Positions 52,512 to 62,440 of a stretch of DNA of 64,000 nucleotides are shown piece by piece. The stretch is from Magnetococcales bacterium (GTDB lineage Bacteria > Pseudomonadota > Magnetococcia > Magnetococcales > JADGCL01): positions 3,324 to 67,323 of the forward strand of contig JADGCL010000005.1 in assembly GCA_015229005.1 (NCBI GenBank), written 5' to 3'. A program made the translations under genes and the position numbers. The notes beneath the pieces are model-generated. The model ran no database searches. It was not told where the DNA came from and saw only the letters and a list, made by a program, of their open reading frames with translations. Position 1 is the first letter of the stretch. The number at the start of each line of letters is the position of its first letter.

Positions 52512-53419
52512 TCCCGAACTTCACCACTCCAGATGTTGCCGCTCCGGGTGTCGCTGCTTCGGGTGTCTTTGTTCCGGAGACGGCCTGTTCCCGGGAACTC
52601 TACCTGCCGCAGGCTGCGCGTCTCCTCGAGGTCGAGGCGCTGACCGCTCGCGAGAGTCGCTTCAAGGTCGAACTGCCCAGGCCCTTGGGACATCGTCCGG
52701 GTCAGTTCGTCATGCTCTCCGCGCCGGGGATCGGCGAGGCGCCCATCTCGATCTCCTGTGGGCCCCGGGACGATGCCATTCTCGAAATGGTGATCCGCCG
52801 GGTCGGGACTCTGACCCGATTTCTCCACGAGCTTGAGCCCGGCCAGTGGGTGGGGGTTCGGGGTCCCTTTGGTTCTGGTTTCGATCTTGGCGATTTTTAT
52901 GGACGGGACCTCCTCTTCGTCGTCGGCGGTCTGGGGATGGTGCCGATGCGCTCCCTGATTCAGGCCGTCATGGCGACCCCGGATCGGTTCGGAAAGGTCA
53001 CGCTCATCAGCGGTTGGCGCACCCCGGCGGACGAACTCTTTCGTGCGGAGGTGCAGTCGTGGTCGCGGTTGGGGGAGGGGTCGGGCAGGGTCCGGGTGAT
53101 CCGCCTGGTCGACGACACCGCGAAGCTCCCCTGGGATGGCGGGGTAGGGCTTGTGACCGAACCCATTGCCGACCTGGACCTTGACCCGGAGCGTACTGTT
53201 GCGGCCCTCTGCGGTCCCCCGGTGATGTACAAATTCGTCATCCTGGAGCTGGTCGCCCGAGGCCTGGCCCCATCCCGGATTTTCGTCGATCTGGAGCGGC
53301 GCATGCGGTGTGGGGTGGGCAAGTGCGGGCATTGTCAGATCAATCATCTCTATTGTTGTCAGGATGGGCCGGTATTTCGGCTCGACCGTGTCGCGCATCT
53401 TCCCGAGGCCCTGCCATGA
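52508..53419 (+). CDS. Group 3b sulfhydrogenase gamma subunit (FAD/NAD(P), 2Fe-2S)
   Basis: PGQF, GEAPIS, RGPFG, GGLG, CGPPVM, MRCGVGKCGHC...DGPVF. Confidence 0.92.
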   Translation: MIPNFTTPDVAAPGVAASGVFVPETACSRELYLPQAARLLEVEALTARESRFKVELPRPLGHRPGQFVMLSAPGIGEAPISISCGPRDDAILEMVIRRVGTLTRFLHELEPGQWVGVRGPFGSGFDLGDFYGRDLLFVVGGLGMVPMRSLIQAVMATPDRFGKVTLISGWRTPADELFRAEVQSWSRLGEGSGRVRVIRLVDDTAKLPWDGGVGLVTEPIADLDLDPERTVAALCGPPVMYKFVILELVARGLAPSRIFVDLERRMRCGVGKCGHCQINHLYCCQDGPVFRLDRVAHLPEALP

Positions 53420-54198
53420 AACCGAAAGTCGCTTTCTTCGATTTCGCCGGGTGCGAGGGGTGTCAGCTCACCATCCTCGACTGTGAGGATCTCTTTCTGG
53501 ATCTTCTTGAACGGGTGGATATCGTCGAGTTTCGGGAGGCACTCTCGGAGACCGCCCCGCGTTTCGATGTGGCCTTCATCGAGGGGAGCATTCACCGGGA
53601 GGAGGATGCCGAACGCCTGCGGGAGATCCGCTCCCGCAGCACTCTCCTGGTGACTTTGGGAGCCTGTGCGGGTTTGGGCAATGTTCAGGCGCGGTCGAAT
53701 TTCCTCTCCCCGGCGACGAATTTCAGGCGGGTCTACGGGGAGGAGGAGCTGAACCGGGTTCAGGCCGATCCGGAGTTCTGGCCCTTGTGGGCTCATACCC
53801 GGGTCAGGTCGGTGAAGGAGGTCGTTCCTGTCGATTATGAATTGCGCGGCTGCCCTGTGGTTGCGGAGGAGTTCCTTCACCTGGTGAAGTCGCTGGTGGT
53901 CGGGACGGTGCCGCACGTTCCGACCGTTGCCGTCTGCGTCGAGTGCAAGATGCAGGAGAATGAGTGCGTCTTCGATCGGGGCGAGACCTGTCTGGGACAG
54001 ATTACCTACGGTGGTTGCAAGGCCGTTTGTATTGGCCATGGTTATCGCTGCGATGGTTGTCGGGGGCTCCTGCCCCAGGCCAACCTGGAGGCGCACCGGC
54101 AGCTCCTGCGGGATAAGGGGCTCGACGAGTCGCGGATTCTCGAGCGCTATCGTCTCTTCGGCAGTGCCGAAGCCTGGGGACGGGAGAGAAGGCCATGA
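53416..54198 (+). CDS. Group 3b [NiFe]-hydrogenase small (delta) subunit
   Basis: GCEGC, EGSI, GACA, GCP, VCVEC...CLG...GC...C...CDGCRG. Confidence 0.92.
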   Translation: MKPKVAFFDFAGCEGCQLTILDCEDLFLDLLERVDIVEFREALSETAPRFDVAFIEGSIHREEDAERLREIRSRSTLLVTLGACAGLGNVQARSNFLSPATNFRRVYGEEELNRVQADPEFWPLWAHTRVRSVKEVVPVDYELRGCPVVAEEFLHLVKSLVVGTVPHVPTVAVCVECKMQENECVFDRGETCLGQITYGGCKAVCIGHGYRCDGCRGLLPQANLEAHRQLLRDKGLDESRILERYRLFGSAEAWGRERRP

Positions 54199-55502
54199 AG
54201 GCCGATTCCGGGAGTTATCGCATCGAGGTCAACCATGTCACCCGCGTCGAGGGGCACGGGAGCATCCGTATCAACGTCCGTGAGGGGGTGGTGGAGGAAG
54301 TCAAGCTGTGTATCGTCGAGGCCAATCGCTTCTTCGAGAGTTTTACTCGCGGACTTTCTCCCCATGAGATCCCCTGGGTGGTGGGGCGTATTTGCGGTAT
54401 CTGTTGTGTCGGCCATCAGTTGGCCGCCCTCCGTGCGGTGGAGGACTCCCAGGGGATCGAGGTCTCGCCGCAGACGGTGTTGTTGCGCAAGATGTTCAAC
54501 GAGTCGCAGTTCCTCCAAAGTCACCTGCTGCACATATTCTTTCTGGCGGTCCCAGATTTCGTCGGGGCCCCGAGTGTTCTTCCCCTGGTCAAGAGTCACC
54601 CGGAGGTGGTCAAGAGGGCCCTGCGCCTGAAGAAATTGGCCAATGACTATACTGCCGTCCTGGGGGGGCGTGCCATCCATCCCATGAGCGCGACCCTGAA
54701 AGGGTGGCGCCAGTTGCCGACCATGGAGCAGATTGCCGGGATCCGCGACCGCCTCCTGGCGGCCCTGCCGGATTTCCGGGAGAGCGTGGCCATCGTCGGG
54801 ACTCTGAAGGTGCCTGCTTTCGAGCGGGAGACCGAGTTCGTCTCCCTCAAGCATCCCGACGAGTATGCCCTCTACGATGGCGAGATCTTCAGCTCCGACA
54901 CCCGTTCGGGAGTGCCGGTCCGGGATTATCGCTCGGTGACCAACGAGTTTACCGTCGCCCATTCCACTTCCCGGTGGTCCCGCTGGCACCGGGAGGCCTA
55001 TGCGGTGGGGGCCCTGGCCCGGGTCAACAACAATTTCGATCAGCTTCGTCCCGAGGCGCGGGAGGTGGCCGGACTCCTGGGGTTGAGAGTGCCCTGTTTC
55101 AACCCTTACATGAATACGGTGGCGCAGGTGGTGGAGCTTGTTCATTGCCTCCACAACAGCCTGGCGATGCTGGAGCGGGTTCTCGAAGAGGGCTTGAAGG
55201 AGGAGGATATCCAGCATGCCCCCCGACAGGGGCGTGGGTTCGGTGCCGTCGAGGTTCCCCGGGGGATCCTGTTCCACGAATATGCCTTCGATGCCGAGGG
55301 GCGTTGCTGTGATGCGAACGCGATCATCCCTACCAGCCAGAACGTCAACAACATCGAACAGGACATGAAGGCCTTTGTCCCCAGGATGTTGCCGGAGCTT
55401 ACGCGGGAGGAGTTGACGCACCATATGGAAATGCTCCTCCGGGCCTATGATCCTTGCATCTCCTGCTCGGTTCACATGCTGGAGGTTGCGTTCATCGAGT
55501 GA
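54195..55502 (+). CDS. Group 3b [NiFe]-hydrogenase large (alpha) subunit
   Basis: RVEGHG, L1 RICGIC, PRG, L2 RAYDPCISCSVH plus an 8-aa cleavable tail. Confidence 0.95.
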   Translation: MKADSGSYRIEVNHVTRVEGHGSIRINVREGVVEEVKLCIVEANRFFESFTRGLSPHEIPWVVGRICGICCVGHQLAALRAVEDSQGIEVSPQTVLLRKMFNESQFLQSHLLHIFFLAVPDFVGAPSVLPLVKSHPEVVKRALRLKKLANDYTAVLGGRAIHPMSATLKGWRQLPTMEQIAGIRDRLLAALPDFRESVAIVGTLKVPAFERETEFVSLKHPDEYALYDGEIFSSDTRSGVPVRDYRSVTNEFTVAHSTSRWSRWHREAYAVGALARVNNNFDQLRPEAREVAGLLGLRVPCFNPYMNTVAQVVELVHCLHNSLAMLERVLEEGLKEEDIQHAPRQGRGFGAVEVPRGILFHEYAFDAEGRCCDANAIIPTSQNVNNIEQDMKAFVPRMLPELTREELTHHMEMLLRAYDPCISCSVHMLEVAFIE

Positions 55503-55563
55503 GGATGCGTTCGGGGGCCTTATGGAATTGACCGTGGTCGGCATCGGCCCGGGTTTGTAGGCC

Positions 55564-57030
55564 GTGCGGAATCTCTTCAGGTCTTTGTCGGCGAATTGTC
55601 GAGGGGCGTTCCAGGGGGAGACCCACTGGGATTGCGAGGGGGGGCTGCGGGCCCGGGAACTCTCTGCGCGAAGCTGGTGGTTTATCCGGACCCGTTGGAT
55701 TGCGGCGGGGCTTTCTGCCGTCGGCAGCCTCTGGGCCATCCTTCCTTCCTGGCGCCAGGGCTCGGCGCTGGTCATCGATTTTCGTTATTTTCTGGCGGTC
55801 TCGATTTTGTTGACCGTGAGCAATCTGATTTATACGCGAGTCGCGAGGAGGATTTCCCCGGATCCGGTTCGGCAGGCCGGTGTCTGTCGGGTCCTCAAAT
55901 TTCAGGTTCTGACGGATTTTGCGATTCTCTCGGTTCTCACCTACGGTCTGGGTGGGATCGAGACACCGATCATGATTCTTTTTTTGCCGCATATCATTCT
56001 TGCGACATTGTTTTTTTCACGGCTGCACAGCTTCTTGATGACATGGGTTGGAATTCTTTTTGCTGCTCTGCCTATGATTTTGGAATACACCGGGGTGGTT
56101 CCGACCCTCTCAATATTTTTGGATATTCATAAAGAGACGCGGGTAAGCTCCGATCCGGTGATCACGACCGGATTTGTTTTGGGGATCACGGGGGCGTTTC
56201 TTATTTGTTGGTATCTGGTCAGCGAGATCACCTCCAGTCTGCGTCTCCGGGAAAGGGAGCTGGAGGATGCCTACGCCCGGTTGAAACTCCTGGACACGGA
56301 GAAGTCGCAGGTGACCTTGCGGGCGACACATGAATTGAAGGCCCCTTTTGCCGCCATCAAGAGCTATGTCTTCACGTTGCGGGACGGCTATTGTGGAGAT
56401 CTCCCGGAGCAGGCCCTGAAGGTCGTCGAGCGGATCGGGGATCGGTGCGATCTGTTGACGGCCAAGGTAAGCGACATTATCCATCTCAGCAACCTCCGGA
56501 CGGAGCAGCCCGAGAAGGTGCGGATGCAGGAGACCGATCTGGCGCGGATCGTTGCCGGGGAGGTCGACGAGGCGCGCCTTCTTGGGAAGTCGCGTGGTCT
56601 GACGGTCCACTACCGGCCCGGGGAGGGGCTTTGTTCGGTTTTGGGATCGACGGAGGATCTCGGAACGATGGTCGGCAACCTGTTACGCAATGCCGTCAAC
56701 TATTCCCGAGATGGGGGTGAGGTCGAAGTGGGCCTCCTCTGTCGGGAGGGGAGGATCGCACTCCGTATCGAGGATCACGGCATCGGTATTCCCGAAGAGC
56801 ATCTGCCCCGGATATTCGACGAGCATTTTCGTTCCACCAACGCCATTCGTCACAATCCCAATAGCAGTGGCATGGGGTTGGCTCTGGTCAGAGAGATCGT
56901 GCGGCTGCACGAGGGCGACATTCGGGTGTCCAGTCGGCTTGGTGCGGGGACCGAGGTCACGGTGACTCTGTCCTGTGCGTCACAACAGTTGCCAAAGGGG
57001 GACGATCATGGCGAAGATTCTCATTATTGA
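55564..57030 (+). CDS. Membrane sensor histidine kinase (start uncertain)
   Basis: About 6 TMs, THELKAP, NLLRNAVNY, DHGIGI, GMGLALV. Confidence 0.9.
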   Translation: MRNLFRSLSANCRGAFQGETHWDCEGGLRARELSARSWWFIRTRWIAAGLSAVGSLWAILPSWRQGSALVIDFRYFLAVSILLTVSNLIYTRVARRISPDPVRQAGVCRVLKFQVLTDFAILSVLTYGLGGIETPIMILFLPHIILATLFFSRLHSFLMTWVGILFAALPMILEYTGVVPTLSIFLDIHKETRVSSDPVITTGFVLGITGAFLICWYLVSEITSSLRLRERELEDAYARLKLLDTEKSQVTLRATHELKAPFAAIKSYVFTLRDGYCGDLPEQALKVVERIGDRCDLLTAKVSDIIHLSNLRTEQPEKVRMQETDLARIVAGEVDEARLLGKSRGLTVHYRPGEGLCSVLGSTEDLGTMVGNLLRNAVNYSRDGGEVEVGLLCREGRIALRIEDHGIGIPEEHLPRIFDEHFRSTNAIRHNPNSSGMGLALVREIVRLHEGDIRVSSRLGAGTEVTVTLSCASQQLPKGDDHGEDSHY

Positions 57031-57421
57031 TGACGACCAGGACATCATCGACAGCCTGACCATGGTCCTGGAACGTCACGGCCACACGGTGACCTCCAAG
57101 GGGGATCTGGGCAGCCTGGTTGATACGGTGAAGGGGATTCACCCGGATCTGATCGTTCTGGACATCATGTGGCCCGAGGATTCCCAGGCCGGATTCAAGG
57201 CCGCTCGTGTTCTCCGCAAGGACAAGCACACCAGCAAGGTTCCCATTCTTGTGCTTTCGGCGGTCAATCAGCGGAGCAACCTTGCCTTTGGTTTCTCGGA
57301 AAGCGACACGAGTACGGAGTTCATGCCCGTTGATGCCTTCCTTGAAAAGCCGGTCGAGCCGAAGGTCATCCTCGAAAAAATCAGGCAGCTCCTCTATCCC
57401 GGCCATACCGAGGGTAGGTGA
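57008..57421 (+). CDS. Single-domain response regulator
   Basis: ILIIDDD, LDIM, LSA, EKP. Confidence 0.92.
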   Translation: MAKILIIDDDQDIIDSLTMVLERHGHTVTSKGDLGSLVDTVKGIHPDLIVLDIMWPEDSQAGFKAARVLRKDKHTSKVPILVLSAVNQRSNLAFGFSESDTSTEFMPVDAFLEKPVEPKVILEKIRQLLYPGHTEGR

Positions 57422-57429
57422 ATCCTTTG

Positions 57430-57462
57430 TGAAAGGGGGGGGCTTCAGCCCGCCCCCTTTCA
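57430..57462. terminator. Probable bidirectional intrinsic terminator
   Basis: TGAAAGGGGG..GGCT-TC-AGCC..CCCCCTTTCA between convergent genes. Confidence 0.7.
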
Positions 57463-57474
57463 GAGCATCCCTTT

Positions 57475-57717
57475 TCAGCCCATTCCCGGCATTCCGCACA
57501 TTCCCGAGCCGCAGCCACCGCCACCGCATGGCGACGCTGCCGGGGGGGAGAAATCCTGACCGCCCTTGGTGGAGCCGACGATGCCGCCGGTCGAGAGGAT
57601 CTTGCGGACTTTTTCGGCGCCGCAGGCGGGGCACTGACGGACTGGCGGGGCTGACATGGGATGGTTCTCTTCAAAGGCATGCTGACAGGCGTCGCACTTG
57701 TAGTCGTAGATGGGCAT
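57475..57717 (-). CDS. FmdB-family zinc-ribbon protein
   Basis: MPIYDYKCDAC...CPACG and C-terminal CGGGGC. Confidence 0.9.
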   Translation of the reverse strand: MPIYDYKCDACQHAFEENHPMSAPPVRQCPACGAEKVRKILSTGGIVGSTKGGQDFSPPAASPCGGGGCGSGMCGMPGMG

Positions 57718-57821
57718 GATCGTTCTCCTCTGCGAGTCCATTCAGGGACGGTCGAAGCTGCAGGCGGTCCACTGCCTTGCGCTCTCGCCCCAACAGGGGC
57801 GGGAGTGCGGGGCAGTCTGGT

Positions 57822-58274
57822 TCAATTGTTGACCTGGCGCTCGACGACGACCTTGATTTCCGGGACGACGTCGGGGTGCAGGCGGATGCGGACCAGGTGT
57901 TCACCCAGGGTACGGATGGGGTGGGGGACATCGATGGCGCTTCGGGGAACTTCGATTCCCTTTCCGTGGAGGAAGGCGGCGATATCGGCATTGGTCACCG
58001 AGCCGAAGAGCTTGTCGGTGGAGCCGGCCGGTCGGTCGATGACCACGGAGACGGTCTTGACCTGCTCGGCGAGGAGGTTCGCCTGTTCCAGGATCTCGGC
58101 CTGACGGGCCTCGAAGGCGGCCCTTCTGGCCTCGAAGCGGGCCATGTTCTCCCGGGTGGCGGGCAGTGCCTTGCCCTTTGGGATCAGGAAGTTGCGTCCG
58201 AAACCACCGCGAACCTTGACGACACTGCCCAGGTCTCCCAGGCGACCGATTTTTTCCAACAGAATGACTTCCAT
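57822..58274 (-). CDS. rplI: 50S ribosomal protein L9
   Basis: MEVILLE, GFGRNFLIP, KLFGSVT, IRTLG, LHPDV. Confidence 0.98.
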   Translation of the reverse strand: MEVILLEKIGRLGDLGSVVKVRGGFGRNFLIPKGKALPATRENMARFEARRAAFEARQAEILEQANLLAEQVKTVSVVIDRPAGSTDKLFGSVTNADIAAFLHGKGIEVPRSAIDVPHPIRTLGEHLVRIRLHPDVVPEIKVVVERQVNN

Positions 58275-58277
58275 GAT

Positions 58278-59246
58278 TCAATCCTCTCTTGCAGATGTCC
58301 CGTCCTCTTCCGGGAGAAGCCGGAAGCGACGGCGGAAATCCACCCAGGTGTCGAAGAGCCCCAAGAATACCATCAATACCAGGACCTCTGTCCAGATCAG
58401 CATGGTGGCGTAGAGGGTGCCGCGAAGGAGACCCGGCACCCGATAGAGTCGAAAAGATGCCTGGAGAATGGCTAATCCCTGGAAAAAATAAGGAAGGGCC
58501 AGAAACAACCCCAGGTTGAGGCCGAGGTAGCGTACCCATCCGGAGCCGATGAACGCCAAAACGGCCATGGTGATGACACCCCAGATAAGAGCGAAGGGGA
58601 GCCGCAGCCGGGTCCAATCTTCGGGGATCAGCCTGCTTCCTTCGCGGCGGCTGATGGCACTCTGGGCGAGGACCAGGTTGCCGCTCTGCATGGCGAACCA
58701 GCCTGCCATGAAGGCGCCCGGGAAGAGCAGGGTGATCGATTGGGCCAAGGCCTCGAAGAGTTTCCTGGCCTCTGCCTTGGCCATGGCATCGAGTTCGGGA
58801 ATGGCCTCGGTCGAGGCGATCAGTTCGTCCCTGACCTCATTGATCCGAGTCCCCACGACCTCGTCGATCGGCAGGTCGACGAGCGCGGAAAGGAAGACGA
58901 GCAGGGTGAAGGCGGCGACGGTGACGACGAAGACGATGCTGAGGAGTTGACTCACCTTCCAGCCGCCGTGGATCAGCCAGGTTGCCAGGATCGGGAACCC
59001 GCCGTAGTAGAGGAAGACCGTCAGTGGCAACACCAACCCCGGTTTGAGGAAGAAGGAGACGATTACGAGGGGCATCACGGCCTGGGCCGCGACCCCCACC
59101 CCTCCTCGGAGTCCGACGAGGAGGAGGGGGAGGGGGACGAGGAGGCTCAGGGGCAGGAAAGGGATCGGCAGGGCGAGGGCCCCCACCAGCAGCAGGAGGG
59201 AGAGCCCGCCGGCGCCCGCCGGCCCTTGGGTCAGGCGACCGAGCAT
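58278..59246 (-). CDS. DUF2232/YybS-like membrane protein
   Basis: Multiple TMs, FQGLA, GLFDTWVDFRRR; conserved position between rpsR and rplI. Confidence 0.85.
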   Translation of the reverse strand: MLGRLTQGPAGAGGLSLLLLVGALALPIPFLPLSLLVPLPLLLVGLRGGVGVAAQAVMPLVIVSFFLKPGLVLPLTVFLYYGGFPILATWLIHGGWKVSQLLSIVFVVTVAAFTLLVFLSALVDLPIDEVVGTRINEVRDELIASTEAIPELDAMAKAEARKLFEALAQSITLLFPGAFMAGWFAMQSGNLVLAQSAISRREGSRLIPEDWTRLRLPFALIWGVITMAVLAFIGSGWVRYLGLNLGLFLALPYFFQGLAILQASFRLYRVPGLLRGTLYATMLIWTEVLVLMVFLGLFDTWVDFRRRFRLLPEEDGTSARED

Positions 59247-59308
59247 CACAGGAGGGCGGGGGACGGTGATCTGTTCACGGGGAATCCGATGCTGCTGCGC
59301 GCCGCAGG

Positions 59309-59680
59309 TCAGGCCACCAGGAAAGGCAGAAGGGCGATATTTCTCGCCCGTTTGATAGCCTTGCTCAGGCGCCGCTGGTGGGGCGCACAGACCCCGGTGA
59401 TCCGGCTGGGGACCATCTTGCCGCGCTCGGTGATGAAGCGGGCCATCAGTTTCGGGTCTTTGTAGTCGATGGCGAGGCTCTTGTCGGCGCAGAAGAGACA
59501 GACCTTGCGCCGCCGGAAAAAGGGCCGTCGGAAGCCGCCGGCGCCGCCGGCTGCCGGCCGAGGTCTGCCGCCGGGGCCACCGCTGCCGCCGCGCCCAGGG
59601 GGGGAGGAGCGTTCCCCTCCCCTTCTGTAGCCGCCGTGAGATTGTCCGGTACTGCCCAAGGCTTCGGAGTTGTCTGCCAT
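59309..59680 (-). CDS. rpsR: 30S ribosomal protein S18 with Gly/Arg-rich N-terminal extension
   Basis: [38 protein letters not shown]. Confidence 0.98.
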   Translation of the reverse strand: MADNSEALGSTGQSHGGYRRGGERSSPPGRGGSGGPGGRPRPAAGGAGGFRRPFFRRRKVCLFCADKSLAIDYKDPKLMARFITERGKMVPSRITGVCAPHQRRLSKAIKRARNIALLPFLVA

Positions 59681-59712
59681 GATATTCGCATCCCTTTGCA
59701 TATCGAGAAGGT

Positions 59713-60099
59713 TCAGTCCGTAACGATTCCGGGCGCCGGGAGGGGAAATATCCGCAGGGCGACGAGCTCGGTTCTGCCCCAGCGAAGATTGCCATTTCTT
59801 GTCCGGCGCTGCTGATTGAGGCGTCCCTCGACCTGGAGGGGGGTGCCGGGGTGAAGCTCCCTGACCTGCTCGGCCAGCGAGCCGGTCGCCACGACGCGCA
59901 TACAGAGTTCCAGTCGCTCCAGGGGCAAGAGATCCTTCGCCAGGGAGCGGTGTTCCAGCTCCAGGAAGGCGACGGTGCGCCCCGTCGGTGTCACCCTGAA
60001 TTCGACGGGCTCGACCAGGACCCCTGTCAGAAGGGCCTGATTGATGCCGGTCTGGAGAGTGGAGGCCTCCGGTAGGGGCCACTGGAACGACGGCGGCAT
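59713..60099 (-). CDS. priB: Primosomal replication protein N (PriB)
   Basis: N...LTG, RVTPTG, LEHRS, VEGRL OB fold; located between rpsF and rpsR. Confidence 0.85.
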   Translation of the reverse strand: MPPSFQWPLPEASTLQTGINQALLTGVLVEPVEFRVTPTGRTVAFLELEHRSLAKDLLPLERLELCMRVVATGSLAEQVRELHPGTPLQVEGRLNQQRRTRNGNLRWGRTELVALRIFPLPAPGIVTD

Positions 60100-60103
60100 G
60101 GAA

Positions 60104-60577
60104 CTACTTGTCGCCATCCTCATCCAAATCGTCGCTGATCAGGGGGTTTTCCGGGATATCGGTGGGCATTCCGCGCCCGCCGCCGAAGCGATGTCCTCCC
60201 CGGCGACCGGGATCTTCGCCGGCGGCGCCCACTTCGCCCTCGCGAGCCGGTGGGATGGCGGAGGGAGAGAGCGGCGACGGGGTTTGGCTGGCGGTCTCGA
60301 CACGGACGTTTTGGTATTTAATCACGTCCTCGTCGATCTTGAGTCTGGCCTCGAGTTCGTGGACCAGGGGGCCACCGCCTTCAAGAAGGTTGAATACGTA
60401 GTACCCCTTGGTATTCTTCTTGATTGGGTAGGCGAGCTGCCGACGACCCCACAACTCGGTGCGGAGGATTTGCCCCTTGTTGGCGGCGACGAGATCGGCG
60501 ACCCGTCGATTGACGGCCTCCACCTGCTCTGCGGTAAGATCGGGACGGATGATGATGATGGACTCGTAAAACGCCAC
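60104..60577 (-). CDS. rpsF: 30S ribosomal protein S6
   Basis: YESIIIIRPDL, WGRRQLAYPIKK, GYY; GTG start with AAGGAGG SD. Confidence 0.98.
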   Translation of the reverse strand: MAFYESIIIIRPDLTAEQVEAVNRRVADLVAANKGQILRTELWGRRQLAYPIKKNTKGYYVFNLLEGGGPLVHELEARLKIDEDVIKYQNVRVETASQTPSPLSPSAIPPAREGEVGAAGEDPGRRGGHRFGGGRGMPTDIPENPLISDDLDEDGDK

Positions 60578-60749
60578 GAGGAGCCTCCTTTCGGACCATA
60601 GCTTGACTGTTTGGGCCCCCGATCCTATAAGCGACGCGACAATGGCCGGGACATTCCCGGACGCCGCCCAGTTCGGGAGCGAAGGTAAGGCCACCTTTTC
60701 CCTTGGGAACCCCGGACTATACTCCAACGCCTTCGAGCAACACAAGCCC

Positions 60750-61550
60750 ATGGATACACAGCTTTTGCCGGTCACCGGGAATGATTTGCCCGAAGGGGTC
60801 CGCTTTTTCTTCACGGGACGGGGGGGTGGGGTCAGCGGCGGCTCCTACGGCTCTCTTAACCTGGGCCTGCATGTGGGGGACAGGCCCGAGGATGTGCGGG
60901 AAAATCGACGACGGGTAATGGCGGCGTTGGGGGTGGATCCGGGGGCGCTTTGTCTGGTCAATCAGGTCCATGGGAGACGCACCTGGCGGGTGGATTCTCC
61001 CTTTTCCGACGGGCCTCCGGACGGGGATGCGATGGTGACCTCCCGGCCTGGGCTGGTACTGGGGATCATGACCGCCGACTGTGTTCCGGTCCTTCTGGCC
61101 GATGCCGGGGCCCGGGTGGTGGGGGCGGCCCATGCCGGGTGGCGGGGAGCCCTGGCGGGGATTTTGGATTCCTGTCTTGCCGAGATGGCAGGGCTCGGGG
61201 CCAGGTCTGAGAGGGTTTTTGCCCTGATCGGCCCGTGCGTGCGGGCCCCCGAGTACGAGGTCGATGACGGGTTGCGGCGCCGGTTCCTGGAGGCCCCCGA
61301 AGGGCCCGATCCGGCGTTTGTCGGTGAACTCTTCACTCCCGGGGAGAGGGCAGGTTTTTTTATGTTCGATTTGGCAGGATATGTGCAAATGCGGCTGATT
61401 CACAACGGTGTCGACGCGGGCCGGATTCGCGACATCGGCCATTGCACCTCTGCCATGGAGAACACCTATTTCAGCCATCGACGGGCGACGCGGCAGGGCG
61501 CCGATCCTTGCGGTCGGCAGATGGGCGGGGTCTTTCTTCTCCCCGGGTAG
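60750..61550 (+). CDS. pgeF: PgeF/YfiH family protein
   Basis: SLNLG.HVGD, QVHG, TADCVPVL, AHAGWRG, FSHRR. Confidence 0.93.
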   Translation: MDTQLLPVTGNDLPEGVRFFFTGRGGGVSGGSYGSLNLGLHVGDRPEDVRENRRRVMAALGVDPGALCLVNQVHGRRTWRVDSPFSDGPPDGDAMVTSRPGLVLGIMTADCVPVLLADAGARVVGAAHAGWRGALAGILDSCLAEMAGLGARSERVFALIGPCVRAPEYEVDDGLRRRFLEAPEGPDPAFVGELFTPGERAGFFMFDLAGYVQMRLIHNGVDAGRIRDIGHCTSAMENTYFSHRRATRQGADPCGRQMGGVFLLPG

Positions 61551-61563
61551 CCTGATTGCCACG

Positions 61564-62304
61564 GTGGTGGCACTGGGGATGGCGCTCCTGTCGCCGTCGC
61601 TCGGAGTCTCCCCGGTCTGGGCCAACACCCCGTCGCTGTTGCAGTTGATCCATCGGGTCGCGGTTCAGGAGGGGGTGGATCCTGCCCTCCTGACGGCCCT
61701 TGTCGCGACCGAATCCGATTTCAAGGCGCATGCGGTGTCGCCCAAGGGGGCGGTGGGGCTCACCCAGCTGATGCCGGGCACGGCACGGGACCTGGGGGTG
61801 GGCAATCGCTTCAATCCCGAGGAGAACCTGAGGGGGGGGGCGCGCTATTTCCGGCAGATGTTGGACCGCTTCTCCCGCCTGGAGCTGGCCCTGGCCGCGT
61901 ACAATGCCGGGCCGGGCAGCGTCGAACGCTACGGAGGGGTCCCCCCCTTTGCCGAGACGCGCGATTACATCCGCAAGGTGATGACCTACTTCGGCAATCG
62001 GCAGATGCGCCAGGTACGCATCGAGGTCGAGGAGAAACGGCTCTACCGCTACCGCCAGGCCAATGGCACCCTGGTGATTACCGATGCGCCGCCACCGCGG
62101 TCGATGGGGGCGGTTCGGGCCGACGATTGGAAGAGCCCGGGAGGGGCCCCGCCGCGGATGATCATCGGTTCGGTGAAACGCCGCTCCCGTGATGTGGCCA
62201 CGGGGGAGTCTCTCTCCCGTGAGATCGCCATAGGCTCCTGGCAGGGCAGAGCGATGGCCGACGCCCGAATCGGGAAGAGGTCCGACCGGTTGAAATCCCC
62301 CTGA
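61564..62304 (+). CDS. Lytic transglycosylase (SLT domain; start uncertain)
   Basis: ES, AVSPKGAVGLTQLMP, ALAAYNAG, ETRDY. Confidence 0.9.
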   Translation: MVALGMALLSPSLGVSPVWANTPSLLQLIHRVAVQEGVDPALLTALVATESDFKAHAVSPKGAVGLTQLMPGTARDLGVGNRFNPEENLRGGARYFRQMLDRFSRLELALAAYNAGPGSVERYGGVPPFAETRDYIRKVMTYFGNRQMRQVRIEVEEKRLYRYRQANGTLVITDAPPPRSMGAVRADDWKSPGGAPPRMIIGSVKRRSRDVATGESLSREIAIGSWQGRAMADARIGKRSDRLKSP

Positions 62305-62440
62305 ATCTCTTTCGATAGGGTTCGGAAGTTCGTCCTTGGGGTTTTCCATCGGAGGGGAGTAGGATGGCCCCAGGCTGGATGCTTGCTGTGCAAGGTTGAC
62401 ATGGTCTTCGGTCGACCCGGGAGGGAGGGATCCGTGCCCG

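Noticed and set aside
54195-55502. Selenocysteine [NiFeSe] hydrogenase
   Set aside because: L2 motif is DPCISC with ordinary Cys codons; no in-frame TGA
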